64,000 nt of DNA from Acidimicrobiia bacterium (GCA_041577335.1 JBFGJH010000007.1:1-64000); one strand, 5' to 3'. Counted from the first letter of the stretch, positions 18,899 through 28,670 are shown. Notes: a model not told the origin generated them from the letters alone. Numbers and translations: made by a program.

Positions 18899-19723
18899 TC
18901 AGCGTTCCCCCCGAATCAGACGCTCGTAGATCTTGCGACGGGGCAACCCTGTTTCGGATGCCACCTCGGCTGCCGTGGTTTTGACGCTGGCTCCGGCGTC
19001 CACCTGTCGCTGCGCCTGCCGAACAGCATCGTCCAAACTCGCTTTCGGCTCGCCTGCACCACCGAGGGCAACAGTGAGCTCGCCCCGTTGATCGAACTCG
19101 GTGGTGAGAGCCTCCCCAAGGGCACCCCTCCAGATCTCCTCGTGGAGCTTGGTCAGCTCCCGGCCGATGACGACCGGCCGCCACGAATCGACGCCGGCGC
19201 CGGCGAGATCGAACAAGTCGGCTTCGAGTCGTTTGGGTGTCGTGAAGAACACGACGGTGCGCGGCTCACTGGCAACGGCGGCGAGCCGACTGGCCCGGTC
19301 TTTGCCCTTGCGCGGCAGAAAGCCCTCGAACACGAAGCGATCGGTCGGCAAGCCCGATACGGCCAGCAACGACGTAACTGCGCTCGGTCCGGGGATGGGC
19401 ACCACCTGGCCCCCGGCGGCGATGGCGGCAGCCACCGCCGACAATCCCGGGTCGGAGATAGACGGTGTCCCAGCATCGCTCACCAATGCGATCGTGTCTC
19501 CTGCGGCGATTCGCTCTCCCACTTCGTGCGCCCTCGTGTCTTCATTGCCTGCGAAGTAGGAACGCAACTGCACCGACACACCCAGGTGCTCGAGGAGCCG
19601 GCCGGTGCGACGGGTGTCCTCCGCATAGACGATGTCGACTTCGCCGAGCACGTCGGCCAGCCGTTTCGTCACATCGTTCAAGTTGCCGATGGGGGTGGCG
19701 CACACATAGAGGACTCCGGACAC
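18899..19723 (-). CDS. rsmI: 16S rRNA C1402 2'-O-methyltransferase
   Basis: LYVCATPIGNL, AEDTR, SDAGTPSISDPG, PIPGPSA, FEGFLPRK, RELTKLHEE. Confidence 0.96.
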   Translation of the reverse strand: MSGVLYVCATPIGNLNDVTKRLADVLGEVDIVYAEDTRRTGRLLEHLGVSVQLRSYFAGNEDTRAHEVGERIAAGDTIALVSDAGTPSISDPGLSAVAAAIAAGGQVVPIPGPSAVTSLLAVSGLPTDRFVFEGFLPRKGKDRASRLAAVASEPRTVVFFTTPKRLEADLFDLAGAGVDSWRPVVIGRELTKLHEEIWRGALGEALTTEFDQRGELTVALGGAGEPKASLDDAVRQAQRQVDAGASVKTTAAEVASETGLPRRKIYERLIRGER

Positions 19724-20049
19724 TCACCCACGATAGGGCGGATCGCAACACGTTCTCCAACATCGGGGATCGGCTCCTCCAGATCCATCTCCAGGATCAT
19801 TCGCGCCCCGGCCCTGCCCCAGAGTCGCCACGGAGCGAGCCGACCCACCGCCAAGACATGGCCGGATCTGTCAAACGCAACCGTTGTCAGGGGTGACGAC
19901 ATCCCCATCCCGTGAACCGAGGCGGCGCGGAGGAGGAGCGCGTGGCGGGGAGGGACGATCCGCACTCCGCGCAGTCGCCGATAGAACGTGTCGGCAATCA
20001 CCACCGGTCCAGAAGTCCACGACGGAGTCGTCAGAGTCACATGCTCCAC
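19678..20049 (-). CDS. DUF192-like protein
   Basis: IADTFYRRLRG, SVHGMGM, FDRSG.V, ILEM; GTG start inferred. Confidence 0.65.
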   Translation of the reverse strand: MEHVTLTTPSWTSGPVVIADTFYRRLRGVRIVPPRHALLLRAASVHGMGMSSPLTTVAFDRSGHVLAVGRLAPWRLWGRAGARMILEMDLEEPIPDVGERVAIRPIVGECPESSMCAPPPSAT

Positions 20050-20113
20050 GCACCGACGGTACGACGCCGCAATGGCCAATACCAGAGGGGTGTTGACCCG
20101 GCTCGCCGGACCA

Positions 20114-21487
20114 TCAGTCGGCGAATGTGGCTCGATAAGGCTCGAGGACGGCCTCACCCGCGGCTTCGGAGTCGGCAACGATCACCAGCACCTCATTGCC
20201 GGTTGTCCCGACAAAAAAATACCGGTCGGAGGGGATCTGGGTCCGGCCGAGTTCCGACCAGGCTGCGTACATCTCTTCTGCGTCGCTCGCTTCGTCGCCC
20301 GCGAACAGGTTGACGAATATGGCGTTGTCGCCGTCCCACAGAACCCGGTAAACGTCACCGCCCCACCCATTGGCGGCATCTTCGGCGGTACGAGTAGAAA
20401 GCGACTGGTTGAACAATGCTGCGTAGGCCTGCTGGCCCCATGTCGATTCTTCACCCACCTCATAACCGGGCACCGGTGTGGGGAGCAACGTGACCGCAGC
20501 TGCCTCCTCACGGTCCCGGTAGGCGTCGAGGTCGATGACTTGTTCGGTGCTGGTGGGAAGGCTTTCGTAGGCGGCATTGACTGCGGAGAAATCGCCCGCC
20601 TCGGTCCACAAGCTCGATACGAAGCCCGTGCCCCCCGTGAGGTCATACGGCCAGATGAGCGAATCGGCGATGAACGACGGTGTACCGTCCAACGTCGTGG
20701 TGTCGATGTTCAGAGATTCCTCGAGCACCTCGCGCTGGTCCTGGACTGACATGGCCGTCTGGAAGTAGATCAGCTCCGTCCAAGTGGCGTCGCCCTCGAG
20801 CAGGCCGCTGAGCGCGGAAGCCTCGTCGAAACGGTCTTCGTCGTAGAGCATGTTGCTGTGCTCGTTGAATTCGAAGTGCTGGTCGGTCAGCGAATGCACC
20901 AGCTCATGGACCATCGTCAGTTTCTGCAGTGCAGTCAGATTCCCGTCAGAGGCGGGCACGACCAGTTCTTCGGTGTCGCCGTCGTAGAAGCCGGCCACCT
21001 GCTCGGTATACAGATCGATGAACAGCCCGCGCAGATCCGACTGCGGGCCGATGATGCCCAGCGCCTCGTATACGGCATCGTCGCGGGCCGTCTCCTCGGG
21101 CTCGAGCTCTTCCTCGATCAGAGCCGAGACCCGGTCGGCGAGTTCTTGCTCGGTCACGATGGCGACGAGCGGCGAGCGAAGGAACTTGAGGCCCCGAGTC
21201 TCCTCGGTGATCGCAATCAGATCGTTGATGGTCGCAACCAACTCGGGATTGGGATCATCGGCGACGATCGTCGCCTCGGTCGGCTGGTCAGGATCGACAC
21301 TCGGCGTCGTGGTGCCCTCCGTCGTCGGCGAGGTCGTGGCGCCGGCCGTATCGGCGGGGAGCGTCGTCTCCGGCGCAGTGGTCGTCTCCACCGGAACGGC
21401 GGTTGTCGTGGTCTCACCAGCACCGCCCGAACACGCTGCCCCAAGCAGAACGAGGGCAAGCAGAACGGGAAAGAGGCTGCGTGGCAT
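20114..21487 (-). CDS. lipoprotein with zinc-metallopeptidase-like HExxH domain
   Basis: Lipobox LGAAC, Thr-rich linker, RGLKF, AGFYD, HELVHSL.DQHF, EGDA, P.STEQV, GWGGD. Confidence 0.8.
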   Translation of the reverse strand: MPRSLFPVLLALVLLGAACSGGAGETTTTAVPVETTTAPETTLPADTAGATTSPTTEGTTTPSVDPDQPTEATIVADDPNPELVATINDLIAITEETRGLKFLRSPLVAIVTEQELADRVSALIEEELEPEETARDDAVYEALGIIGPQSDLRGLFIDLYTEQVAGFYDGDTEELVVPASDGNLTALQKLTMVHELVHSLTDQHFEFNEHSNMLYDEDRFDEASALSGLLEGDATWTELIYFQTAMSVQDQREVLEESLNIDTTTLDGTPSFIADSLIWPYDLTGGTGFVSSLWTEAGDFSAVNAAYESLPTSTEQVIDLDAYRDREEAAAVTLLPTPVPGYEVGEESTWGQQAYAALFNQSLSTRTAEDAANGWGGDVYRVLWDGDNAIFVNLFAGDEASDAEEMYAAWSELGRTQIPSDRYFFVGTTGNEVLVIVADSEAAGEAVLEPYRATFAD

Positions 21488-21610
21488 GCGGCACAGGTTA
21501 CCGGCCACGCGGTTTATGGCGGCATACCGCACCTTGATCGCGAGCACCCCCGAGGCGCGATGTTCTAAGGTGACCGCCGTTCCAACCGAACCACAGAGGG
21601 ACCGATAGCG

Positions 21611-22570
21611 ATGGCAGGCTCAGGACACGGAACCAAGGCAGTGCTGGCTGCGCTGATTGCCAATGCGGGTATCGCCGTCGCCAAGTTCGTGGCGTGGGCA
21701 TTCACGGGTTCCTCCTCGATGCTCGCCGAGGGGATTCACTCGGTGGCAGACTCCGCCAACCAGGCCCTCTTGCTTCTCGGAGGTCGCAGAGCGCGACGAG
21801 AGGCGTCGGCCACCCATCAGTTCGGCTACGGCCGGGCCCGGTACTTCTGGTCGTTCATCGTCGCGGTGGTCCTTTTCTTGCTCGGTGGTGTGTTCGCCTT
21901 GTTCGAAGGCGTGGAGAAGCTCCGGCATCCCCACGAGATCACCTCGCCCGCCTGGGCGTTTGGAGTGCTCATCTTCGGCATCATCCTGGAAGGTTGGTCA
22001 TTTCGAACGGCCATCGTCGAGTCGCGACCCTTGAAGGGCGATCGCACCTGGTGGCAGTTCGTCCGCCAGGCCAAAGTGCCTGAACTACCGGTCGTCCTGC
22101 TCGAGGACCTCGGTGCTCAAGTGGGTATGATCCTGGCCCTGATCGGCGTGACGCTGGCGGTCACGACGGGCGAACCTCGATGGGACGCGGCAGGCACGCT
22201 GGCGATTGGTTTGTTGCTCCTCGTCATTGCGGTGATCCTCGCCATCGAGATGAAGAGTCTGCTGCTCGGTGAATCCGCCGATCCCAAGGTGCAGGCCGAC
22301 TTGGAGCACGCTCTCGCTTCCTCGCCCCACGTGCGCCGCGTCATCCACATGCGTACCCAGCACATGGGCCCTGACGAGATCCTCGTCGCTGCCAAGGTCG
22401 AGTTCGATCACCATCTATCGAACCCGGAATTGGCCGACGCCATAGACGTCGCAGAGCAGAATATGCGCGATACGGCTCCCGATGCCGCAATCGTCTACCT
22501 CGAGCCCGATCTCCACGAGGTCGACCACGAAGGCCGATCGGGTGCCGACGACCCGGGCGCGGAGCATTGA
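21611..22570 (+). CDS. cation diffusion facilitator family transporter
   Basis: SMLAEGIHSVAD, HQFGYG, LEDLGA, six TM segments, C-terminal dimerisation domain ending YLEPD. Confidence 0.92.
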   Translation: MAGSGHGTKAVLAALIANAGIAVAKFVAWAFTGSSSMLAEGIHSVADSANQALLLLGGRRARREASATHQFGYGRARYFWSFIVAVVLFLLGGVFALFEGVEKLRHPHEITSPAWAFGVLIFGIILEGWSFRTAIVESRPLKGDRTWWQFVRQAKVPELPVVLLEDLGAQVGMILALIGVTLAVTTGEPRWDAAGTLAIGLLLLVIAVILAIEMKSLLLGESADPKVQADLEHALASSPHVRRVIHMRTQHMGPDEILVAAKVEFDHHLSNPELADAIDVAEQNMRDTAPDAAIVYLEPDLHEVDHEGRSGADDPGAEH

Positions 22571-22622
22571 CAGAACCCGATTCGAGCTCGGCGGAGTGCG
22601 GTAACCTCTAGCCCGTTCCTTT

Positions 22623-22696
22623 GGGGGTGTAGCTCAGCCTGGCAGAGCGCTACGTTCGCAACGTAGAAGTCACGGGTTCAAATCCCGTCACCTCCA
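22623..22696 (+). tRNA. tRNA-Ala(CGC)
   Basis: GGGGGTGTAGCTCAGCCTGGCAGAGCG-CTACG TT CGC AA CGTAG-...GGTTCAAATCC...CACCTCCA; G3:U70 pair present. Confidence 0.96.
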
Positions 22697-22921
22697 CTTG
22701 ACATTCACCAGTAGAACTGCCTCGAGAATCAATCGGTCTGACAGCGGGCGGTTCGTATGTGAGGCACAGACCACGGCCAGGTCAGCGGCTGGAGCAGGGT
22801 ACGTCGGTCTGCAATTGAAGGGCGATGAGGTCAAGAAGGTGACCGATCCTCGACTGCCCGAGCACCGTTCAAGCCCTGGCGGGTCGGCTCCCATCCGCCC
22901 GTTCTTGCGGCTCCTGCGCCG

Positions 22922-25072
22922 TCATCGTTCGGCCGGTGCCACCGCGAACTCGACATTGCCGGTCGAGCCGTCGACCGTCACGAGTTGCCCATCTTTGAGG
23001 CGCGCCGTGGCATCTCCGCAACCCACGACTGCGGGTATCCCATATTCGCGGGCGATGATCGAGGCGTGGGCAAGGGCGCTGCCAACGTCGGTGACCACTG
23101 CTGCCGCTCGATCGAAGAGGTAGGTCCAAGCAGGTGCGGTGAGAGGGGCGACGAGAACCTCGCCATCCACGAAATCGTCGAATTGCGACGATTCTCGCAC
23201 TACCCGCACTCGACCAGTCGCCCGACCGGGGCTCGCCGGTACGCCACGGACCAGGGCATCGTCCGAGCGGACCGCTCCGACGGTCTTGCCGCTGTACTCG
23301 AAGAGGAACCGGACTATTGGCGGGACCTTCCCAACCCAGAGGGGTGCGACCATCTTGGCCGCCAGCATCCGTTCTTCCCGTCGTTGCAAGATGATGGTCT
23401 CCATTGGCTCCGGCTTCTCGAGCAAGAACAGGACCTCGGCATGGTTCAGATGGAAGATGTCGTCTGGCGAGCGGAGCGCCCCGGCCGAGGCGAGGGCCTC
23501 ACCCAGCCGCTGAACTGCCCGGCGCATCACCGGCCAGGGCAGTGAGAGCAGGCCGAGTTGTTCCTCGCGCACGGGCACGACATATTGGGCCTCAGTGAGC
23601 AACCTTCGGAATCTGCGAAGACGACGTGGCGAGCGGGCCAAGACTTCCTCGGCCGCTTGCACCGTCCTGATGCGCCGCTCCTTCAGCTGACCGGCGTCGA
23701 CAGGGTCATGGCTTGGACTCATCGGCCGGACAGACCAATCGAGCGTCTCGAGACGCGGTGTTCGATAGACCTCCTCAGGTATATCCAATCCCTGCAGCAC
23801 CACCATGTGACTGAGCTCGAGCTCCTCCTTCAGATGCTTGTTCCAGAATTGCGCGAGCTGTGCTTCGAACTTGTAGGCAGAGCCGGCGACGGTCGCGATC
23901 GAGCCGAAATAGTCTCCCGCTTCGTTCGCCAATTCGTCGACCAGTTCGATCAGCTCGAGGGGCTCGAGCGTCTCGACTGCCTTTTCGCCGTCTGATACCG
24001 CGCTGCGATAGCGTGGCAGGACGTTGTCCCTCCAATCGTCCTCGCACCGCTGGTAGCCGAAACGAACCGTTTGGGGGAACATCGGAGCCGCCATCCTCCA
24101 GTCCTTGCGTACCCGGCCGACGATGTTGATGAAGTTCCTCGTGAAAGCGACACCGGGAGCGGGCAGCCAGTTGAGCGAGTAGTAGTACCAGCCGTTGACG
24201 ACCACGTGGAGGGGTTCGGGGGCGACTTGTCCGATCAGCTCGTTCAGTCGTTCGTGCAGGCGCCTTTCCATGCGGGACAGCAACCACGACTCGAACAGCG
24301 GCGTGACCGGTTCGGGGATCCACTCACCGAATCGCAAGGATCGGTGATACACGCCCGGGGCGGGCGGCTCCCAACTCACCGCGTCCGGTAGCCCGGTGAT
24401 GGGTCGAGCTTGCACCACCCAGAGCTGTTCTCCGTCCCAGGCCCACTCGACGTCCTGCGGAACCTTGAACTCCCGCTCGATGTCAGCAGCCAGTCGGGCG
24501 ATGCGCTTGGCCAACCTCTTTCCCAACACACCTTCAGGGCTCCGGACCGGTCGGGCCCTGCCCGCTCCCACCGTCCACTCGTCTCCCGGGACCTCACCCG
24601 ATAGCAGTCGGTCGGCGAGGCCGCTCGTGGCAGTGATGACCGTCGTGTCTCTGTCCCCGGTGACTGGATCGGCGGTGAAGGCAACCCCCGCGCACACCGG
24701 GTCGATCATGACTTGAGTGAGCACCGGAATGACATGTCCATTCGCGAGGCGTGCGGATTCTCTGACTTCGGAAATGGCTGTCAGGATCGAAGAAGCATCG
24801 ACACGGAGAACCGAGCGGTACCGGCCGGCGAGTGACGCCTCGGGAGCGTCTTCGAGCGCCCCACTGGATCGCACGGCGAAAGGCCCGTCACCGAGCCCTT
24901 CGATGTGGGGACCCAACTGAATGTCGTTCAGGTCGGTGTTGGGTGTCACCACGAACCCGTCCGGGATCTTGAACCCCGCCCCACTCAACAAACCAAGACC
25001 GCGAGCCTTCCCACCGACATCGGCAAGAGACGCTTCGCCGGCGCTCACCAGATTGATCACTTCACGGGTCAC
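22922..25072 (-). CDS. PEP/pyruvate-binding plus PEP-utilising swivel-domain phosphotransferase (rifampin phosphotransferase-like architecture)
   Basis: VGGKARGL, AVRSS..ED....AG.Y, GVAFTADP, QDVEWA, QARPIT, C-terminal GSALAHASIIAREYGIPAVVG; GTGA-coupled to tetR. Confidence 0.85.
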   Translation of the reverse strand: MTREVINLVSAGEASLADVGGKARGLGLLSGAGFKIPDGFVVTPNTDLNDIQLGPHIEGLGDGPFAVRSSGALEDAPEASLAGRYRSVLRVDASSILTAISEVRESARLANGHVIPVLTQVMIDPVCAGVAFTADPVTGDRDTTVITATSGLADRLLSGEVPGDEWTVGAGRARPVRSPEGVLGKRLAKRIARLAADIEREFKVPQDVEWAWDGEQLWVVQARPITGLPDAVSWEPPAPGVYHRSLRFGEWIPEPVTPLFESWLLSRMERRLHERLNELIGQVAPEPLHVVVNGWYYYSLNWLPAPGVAFTRNFINIVGRVRKDWRMAAPMFPQTVRFGYQRCEDDWRDNVLPRYRSAVSDGEKAVETLEPLELIELVDELANEAGDYFGSIATVAGSAYKFEAQLAQFWNKHLKEELELSHMVVLQGLDIPEEVYRTPRLETLDWSVRPMSPSHDPVDAGQLKERRIRTVQAAEEVLARSPRRLRRFRRLLTEAQYVVPVREEQLGLLSLPWPVMRRAVQRLGEALASAGALRSPDDIFHLNHAEVLFLLEKPEPMETIILQRREERMLAAKMVAPLWVGKVPPIVRFLFEYSGKTVGAVRSDDALVRGVPASPGRATGRVRVVRESSQFDDFVDGEVLVAPLTAPAWTYLFDRAAAVVTDVGSALAHASIIAREYGIPAVVGCGDATARLKDGQLVTVDGSTGNVEFAVAPAER

Positions 25073-25653
25073 GAGCGGATGCGTTGGATCAATGTCCTCA
25101 TGGTCCACATCACTTCGTCCGCAGCCTCGTCTGGACCGAGACCCAACCGGTCCTGCCATAGGAGATAGACGTCGGAGGTGGTGAGAACAAATGCCAGCTT
25201 GGCGAGGTGTTCCAGTTGATCAGGCGGGATCTCAGGATCGACATTACGGAACGCCTCCCGCATTCCATCGAGTCGCTCGGGCGTCCCCTGGATGCGCACA
25301 TCGCGCCCGATCCGCGAGGCGAATGCGGCTCTCGTCAGATCGTCGGTGTTCTCGAAGTGGTGGAACACCTTGCGGACGATTTCGTCGACTTCTTCCATGG
25401 TCTCTGGAAGAGACTCAACCTCGATGCCGGATCTCCGCCCGGCGTGGGGGATGAGTGCCTTGAGCAATCCTGCCTTGTCGCCGAAATGCCGGTAGATGGT
25501 TCCCACCGACACACCGGCCCTCTCGGCCACTGCGGGGACCGACAGAGTATCGACGCCCTCGGCGAGAACCTCCACGACGGCGTCGAGAATGCGGTCGCGG
25601 GTCGCTGCGGCCTGGTCATCCCTGAGTTGTGAATCGTATTTGCGCGTGGTCAT
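25069..25653 (-). CDS. TetR/AcrR-family regulator
   Basis: TRDRILDAV...VAERAGVSVGTIYRHFGDK HTH. Confidence 0.93.
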   Translation of the reverse strand: MTTRKYDSQLRDDQAAATRDRILDAVVEVLAEGVDTLSVPAVAERAGVSVGTIYRHFGDKAGLLKALIPHAGRRSGIEVESLPETMEEVDEIVRKVFHHFENTDDLTRAAFASRIGRDVRIQGTPERLDGMREAFRNVDPEIPPDQLEHLAKLAFVLTTSDVYLLWQDRLGLGPDEAADEVMWTMRTLIQRIRS

Positions 25654-25675
25654 CGTTCTGCTCAACGGATCGCCT

Positions 25676-25708
25676 ATTGATTATAGGATTCGTTTAGTCA
25701 ATTGTCAA
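25676..25708 (-). promoter_or_regulatory. consensus housekeeping-sigma promoter of tetR with overlapping operator
   Basis: TTGACA (25708-25703)-N17-TATAAT (25685-25680) on the minus strand; inverted repeat ATTGATTA/TAGTCAAT (25676-25683/25695-25702). Confidence 0.85.
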
Positions 25709-25819
25709 CCGCTGAATCGGAAGGAGGTCAAGGTCGTGTGCCTCCCTGTTCCTGGTGGGAGGCCTCATCGAGGTGGGCGGCTCACCGTCGCGGGATAGTC
25801 GACTCCGAGCCGTTGCGAG

Positions 25820-25853
25820 GGCGGGGCGGTCGGTCCAACCAAACCACCCCGCC
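25820..25853 (-). terminator. hairpin after the cupredoxin gene
   Basis: GGCGGGGTGGT...ACCGCCCCGCC on the minus strand (one G-U pair), about 15 nt after the stop. Confidence 0.5.
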
Positions 25854-25868
25854 GATCCAGCTGGCAGT

Positions 25869-26597
25869 TCAGTCCGTCACGATCAGCTGGCCGGTCATCG
25901 ACTGGTGGCCGGGGATGCTGCATACGAAGTCGTAGGTGCCCTGGGCCGCTTCGCCCAGGTCGATGCGCCGGGCCTTGCCGGCGGGCAACTGCAGCTCGAT
26001 GCCGAGCTCGGGAACCGAGAAGGCGTGGTGGGACATCTCCGGGTTGTCGATCCACAGACCGCCTTCGTCGAGATCCACCTCCACCATCCCCGGAGCAAAG
26101 GCGAACCCGTCGACGGCGAGAACCACGTCACCAGGTTGTGCCAGCTCGGTGGTCGTCATCGAGGAGATGAAGATCGCAGCCGCCACACCGATACCGAACA
26201 CACCGAGGGCCGCCCAGCGGGCCGGTCCGGCCCGATCGGGTGCCCAGCCTCGCAGCAAGCCGATCCCTCCAACCAACGCCAACGCGATCGCCAACGTCCC
26301 GAACAGTGCCGGCGCGAATGATGCAGCCGACTCCGGGTGCCGGAGGTCGCCGGCGAACGCCAGATTGGCCGCCATCACGAGCGCCGCCAGGACGGTGAAG
26401 GCGATCACACGGGACCGCTTGCCCGTCCGCAGCGCCCGGGCGCCGATGGCGAACAGCACCGCCACCAGCGTCATGAACGGGTCGAAGAACAGCGACCCGG
26501 CCTGGAGAACGACGGCCCAGACCACGAAGGCCCAGGCGCCGGTTTGGGCAACCGTGCGCCACGTCGTGGTCCGTCCGCCTGTGGTTGTCTCAGTCAT
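25869..26597 (-). CDS. multi-pass membrane protein with C-terminal cupredoxin domain
   Basis: About five TM helices, then FAFAP, N.EMSHHAF and YDFVCSIPGHQSMTG type-1 Cu ligands (H, C, H, M); AAGGAGG RBS. Confidence 0.82.
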   Translation of the reverse strand: MTETTTGGRTTTWRTVAQTGAWAFVVWAVVLQAGSLFFDPFMTLVAVLFAIGARALRTGKRSRVIAFTVLAALVMAANLAFAGDLRHPESAASFAPALFGTLAIALALVGGIGLLRGWAPDRAGPARWAALGVFGIGVAAAIFISSMTTTELAQPGDVVLAVDGFAFAPGMVEVDLDEGGLWIDNPEMSHHAFSVPELGIELQLPAGKARRIDLGEAAQGTYDFVCSIPGHQSMTGQLIVTD

Positions 26598-26765
26598 GTC
26601 ATCCCTCCTTGGTTCTGAGTGAGCCGGTGCTCCGCCGACCGGGTGTACGTCGGCCGGGTTTCTGTTCGATGCCTTCACGACCGCTCCTTTCGCCGGGTCG
26701 GTTTGTCCTGGTTCCAAGGTGCCTGGTCCGGGTGCTTCCGTCGATGGGGGTAGCCCGCCAGTCAG

Positions 26766-26783
26766 GGTGCGGGTTCCCTCATT
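26766..26783. promoter_or_regulatory. operator copy 1 (GGTGNGG-N4-CCNCACC family)
   Basis: GGTGCGG-GTTC-CCTCATT upstream of the cupredoxin gene. Confidence 0.6.
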
Positions 26784-26796
26784 CGGTTCGTGGGGA

Positions 26797-27600
26797 TCAC
26801 GCCTGGTACCTCCGCCCGGCGGCCGCGGCGGTCACGTCGACGCCGCAGCCTTGGAACCGCGCCACGATCTCGTCGATCTCGTCGTCGGTGCGTGCGGGGT
26901 CGTGGTGGAACAACGCCAGGCGCCGAACGACATGGCGGCGGGCGAGGTCGATCACGTACTCCACGCTGGAGTGACCGAGAAACGCCTTGTCCCTCATCTC
27001 AGCGGCGGTGTGTTGGGAGTCGTGCAGCAGGAGATCGGCGCCGGCGACCAGATCGACCGGTTCCGATTCCGCTTCGGCGAGCCAGTAGTCCGGGAGGTAG
27101 GCGAACGACGTTGCGCCGTCCGATACCCGGTAGCCGAAGGTGCGGCCCCCCTTGTGCGGGATGTCGCCGGCGAGCACCTCGAATCCCTCGATCACGACGC
27201 GGCCGGCGTCGAGGGCATGGAACCGCCACCGACCCCGGAGTTGCGCCGGCGTGACGGGAAAGTGGGGCGGGCCCATCGCCCGCGACAGCACCTCGACCGG
27301 ATCTTCACCCTGGGCCGGCAGGTAGAGGTCGACTTCGGCGTCGTCCCGGTCGACGGCCGGGGCGAAGGGCAGTCCATGGGTGTGATCCCAGTGGAGGTGG
27401 GTGAGGAGGATCGATCCCCGGAAGGGCTCCGCACCCAGCAAGTCGGACAGCCTGCGCAATCCCGTGCCGGCGTCAAGCACCAGCCGGGGTGTCTCGCCGG
27501 CATTGGCGACGGCGACCGAACTGGTGTCACCGCCGTAGCGGGCGAACTCGGCCCCGGTCGCCGGGGTCGAGCCCCGGCAACCGAGGATGGTCACCGCCAC
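26797..27600 (-). CDS. metallo-beta-lactamase-fold hydrolase (RNase Z/cNMP-phosphodiesterase-like)
   Basis: LGCRGS.P, YGGDTS, LDAGTG, THLHWDH, IPHKG, LPD, GHSS, FHHDP. Confidence 0.88.
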   Translation of the reverse strand: MAVTILGCRGSTPATGAEFARYGGDTSSVAVANAGETPRLVLDAGTGLRRLSDLLGAEPFRGSILLTHLHWDHTHGLPFAPAVDRDDAEVDLYLPAQGEDPVEVLSRAMGPPHFPVTPAQLRGRWRFHALDAGRVVIEGFEVLAGDIPHKGGRTFGYRVSDGATSFAYLPDYWLAEAESEPVDLVAGADLLLHDSQHTAAEMRDKAFLGHSSVEYVIDLARRHVVRRLALFHHDPARTDDEIDEIVARFQGCGVDVTAAAAGRRYQA

Positions 27601-28593
27601 TCAGCCTTCCTCCCGTCGGTGGCCCGAGGCCACTTCGGCCAGGTCTCCCCTATCCAGGGCCTGGCCGCTGACGGCCGCCACCTTGCTGGGAGTCAGCGCC
27701 CTGACGGTCGATGTTCGATTCCCGCCTTCCAGCACGGCCCGCTCGCCGACGATGGCACCGGGTCCGATTTCGGCGACGGTCTCGCCATCGACGTCAACCG
27801 CAAAGACACCGTCGAGCACCAGGTAGATCTCAGCGCCGGGCTCGCCCTGCGTGGTGAGAAGACTGTCCTTGGCCAGCTTGCGGATCTTGGGCTTCAGTCC
27901 CATCAGCATCGAGGAAAGGGAACGCTCGACTTCGCTCTCGACGGCCGCGACCACGGCCTCGTGCTCGACCCCGTGCCACGGCGACCGGTCGTGGTCGAAG
28001 CGGCGCGTCCAGTCGGCCCAGTCGACCAGACCGCTCTTCTCGACCAGCCGGCCACTGTGGTCGTAGATCCAATGGCGGGGGAATGGCGACGCTCCCACCA
28101 CCTCGTGAGGTGCCGAACCGTCGACGCCGATCTCCAGGCCGAGAGTCACCCAGGTGGTAGGGCCGGTGATCCGCATGTAGGGCGGCCGGTCGATCCGTCG
28201 CGGCAACGGCGCCCCCGTCCGAGCCCCCACCGATTGCACGAACCGGGCCGTGCCGTCGGCGATGACGGGCTCCTCCTGGAGGACCGGGAACCCGACCCCG
28301 GGATAGGTGAGCTTCAGCGGCCCTATCCCACCTGAGGTCGAGCCAACCACGGCCCTGCCGCTGTAGCCGGCGTCGACGATCTCGCCTTCCCGGACTTCGA
28401 TCCAGGCGGCCAGCCGGTTGGCGGCTCGCAGGCGATCGGCGGCTTTCAGCTCGTCGAGTTTGCCGTCGGTGATCCTGTCGGGTGGCGGTTGGTCGTAGTG
28501 GCCAATGTTGAGGTCCAGCGGGACCCGGCTCCACCCGGTGACCGCCTCCGACGGGATCCAGCTGATGGATGTGACGGATGATTCGATACGCAT
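27601..28593 (-). CDS. cyclic-nucleotide-binding domain protein with unrecognised N-terminal domain
   Basis: C-terminal QGEPGAEIYLVLDG...GAIVGERAVLEGGNRTSTVRA phosphate-binding cassette; no HTH; GAAGGAGG RBS. Confidence 0.85.
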   Translation of the reverse strand: MRIESSVTSISWIPSEAVTGWSRVPLDLNIGHYDQPPPDRITDGKLDELKAADRLRAANRLAAWIEVREGEIVDAGYSGRAVVGSTSGGIGPLKLTYPGVGFPVLQEEPVIADGTARFVQSVGARTGAPLPRRIDRPPYMRITGPTTWVTLGLEIGVDGSAPHEVVGASPFPRHWIYDHSGRLVEKSGLVDWADWTRRFDHDRSPWHGVEHEAVVAAVESEVERSLSSMLMGLKPKIRKLAKDSLLTTQGEPGAEIYLVLDGVFAVDVDGETVAEIGPGAIVGERAVLEGGNRTSTVRALTPSKVAAVSGQALDRGDLAEVASGHRREEG

Positions 28594-28670
28594 GGGTGTT
28601 CCTCCTTCGGGTACCCCTCCAGCATCCGCCACCGCATCCGTCCGATGAATGGTGCAGCCCTGGTTTTGGA

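Noticed and set aside
22660..22720. attL/attR duplication of the tRNA-Ala 3' end marking an integrative element
   Set aside because: No second copy of the tRNA end and no integrase were seen in the window by eye.
26719..28335. 538-aa plus-strand ORF
   Set aside because: Antisense shadow of the MBL and CNB genes, which carry clear motifs.
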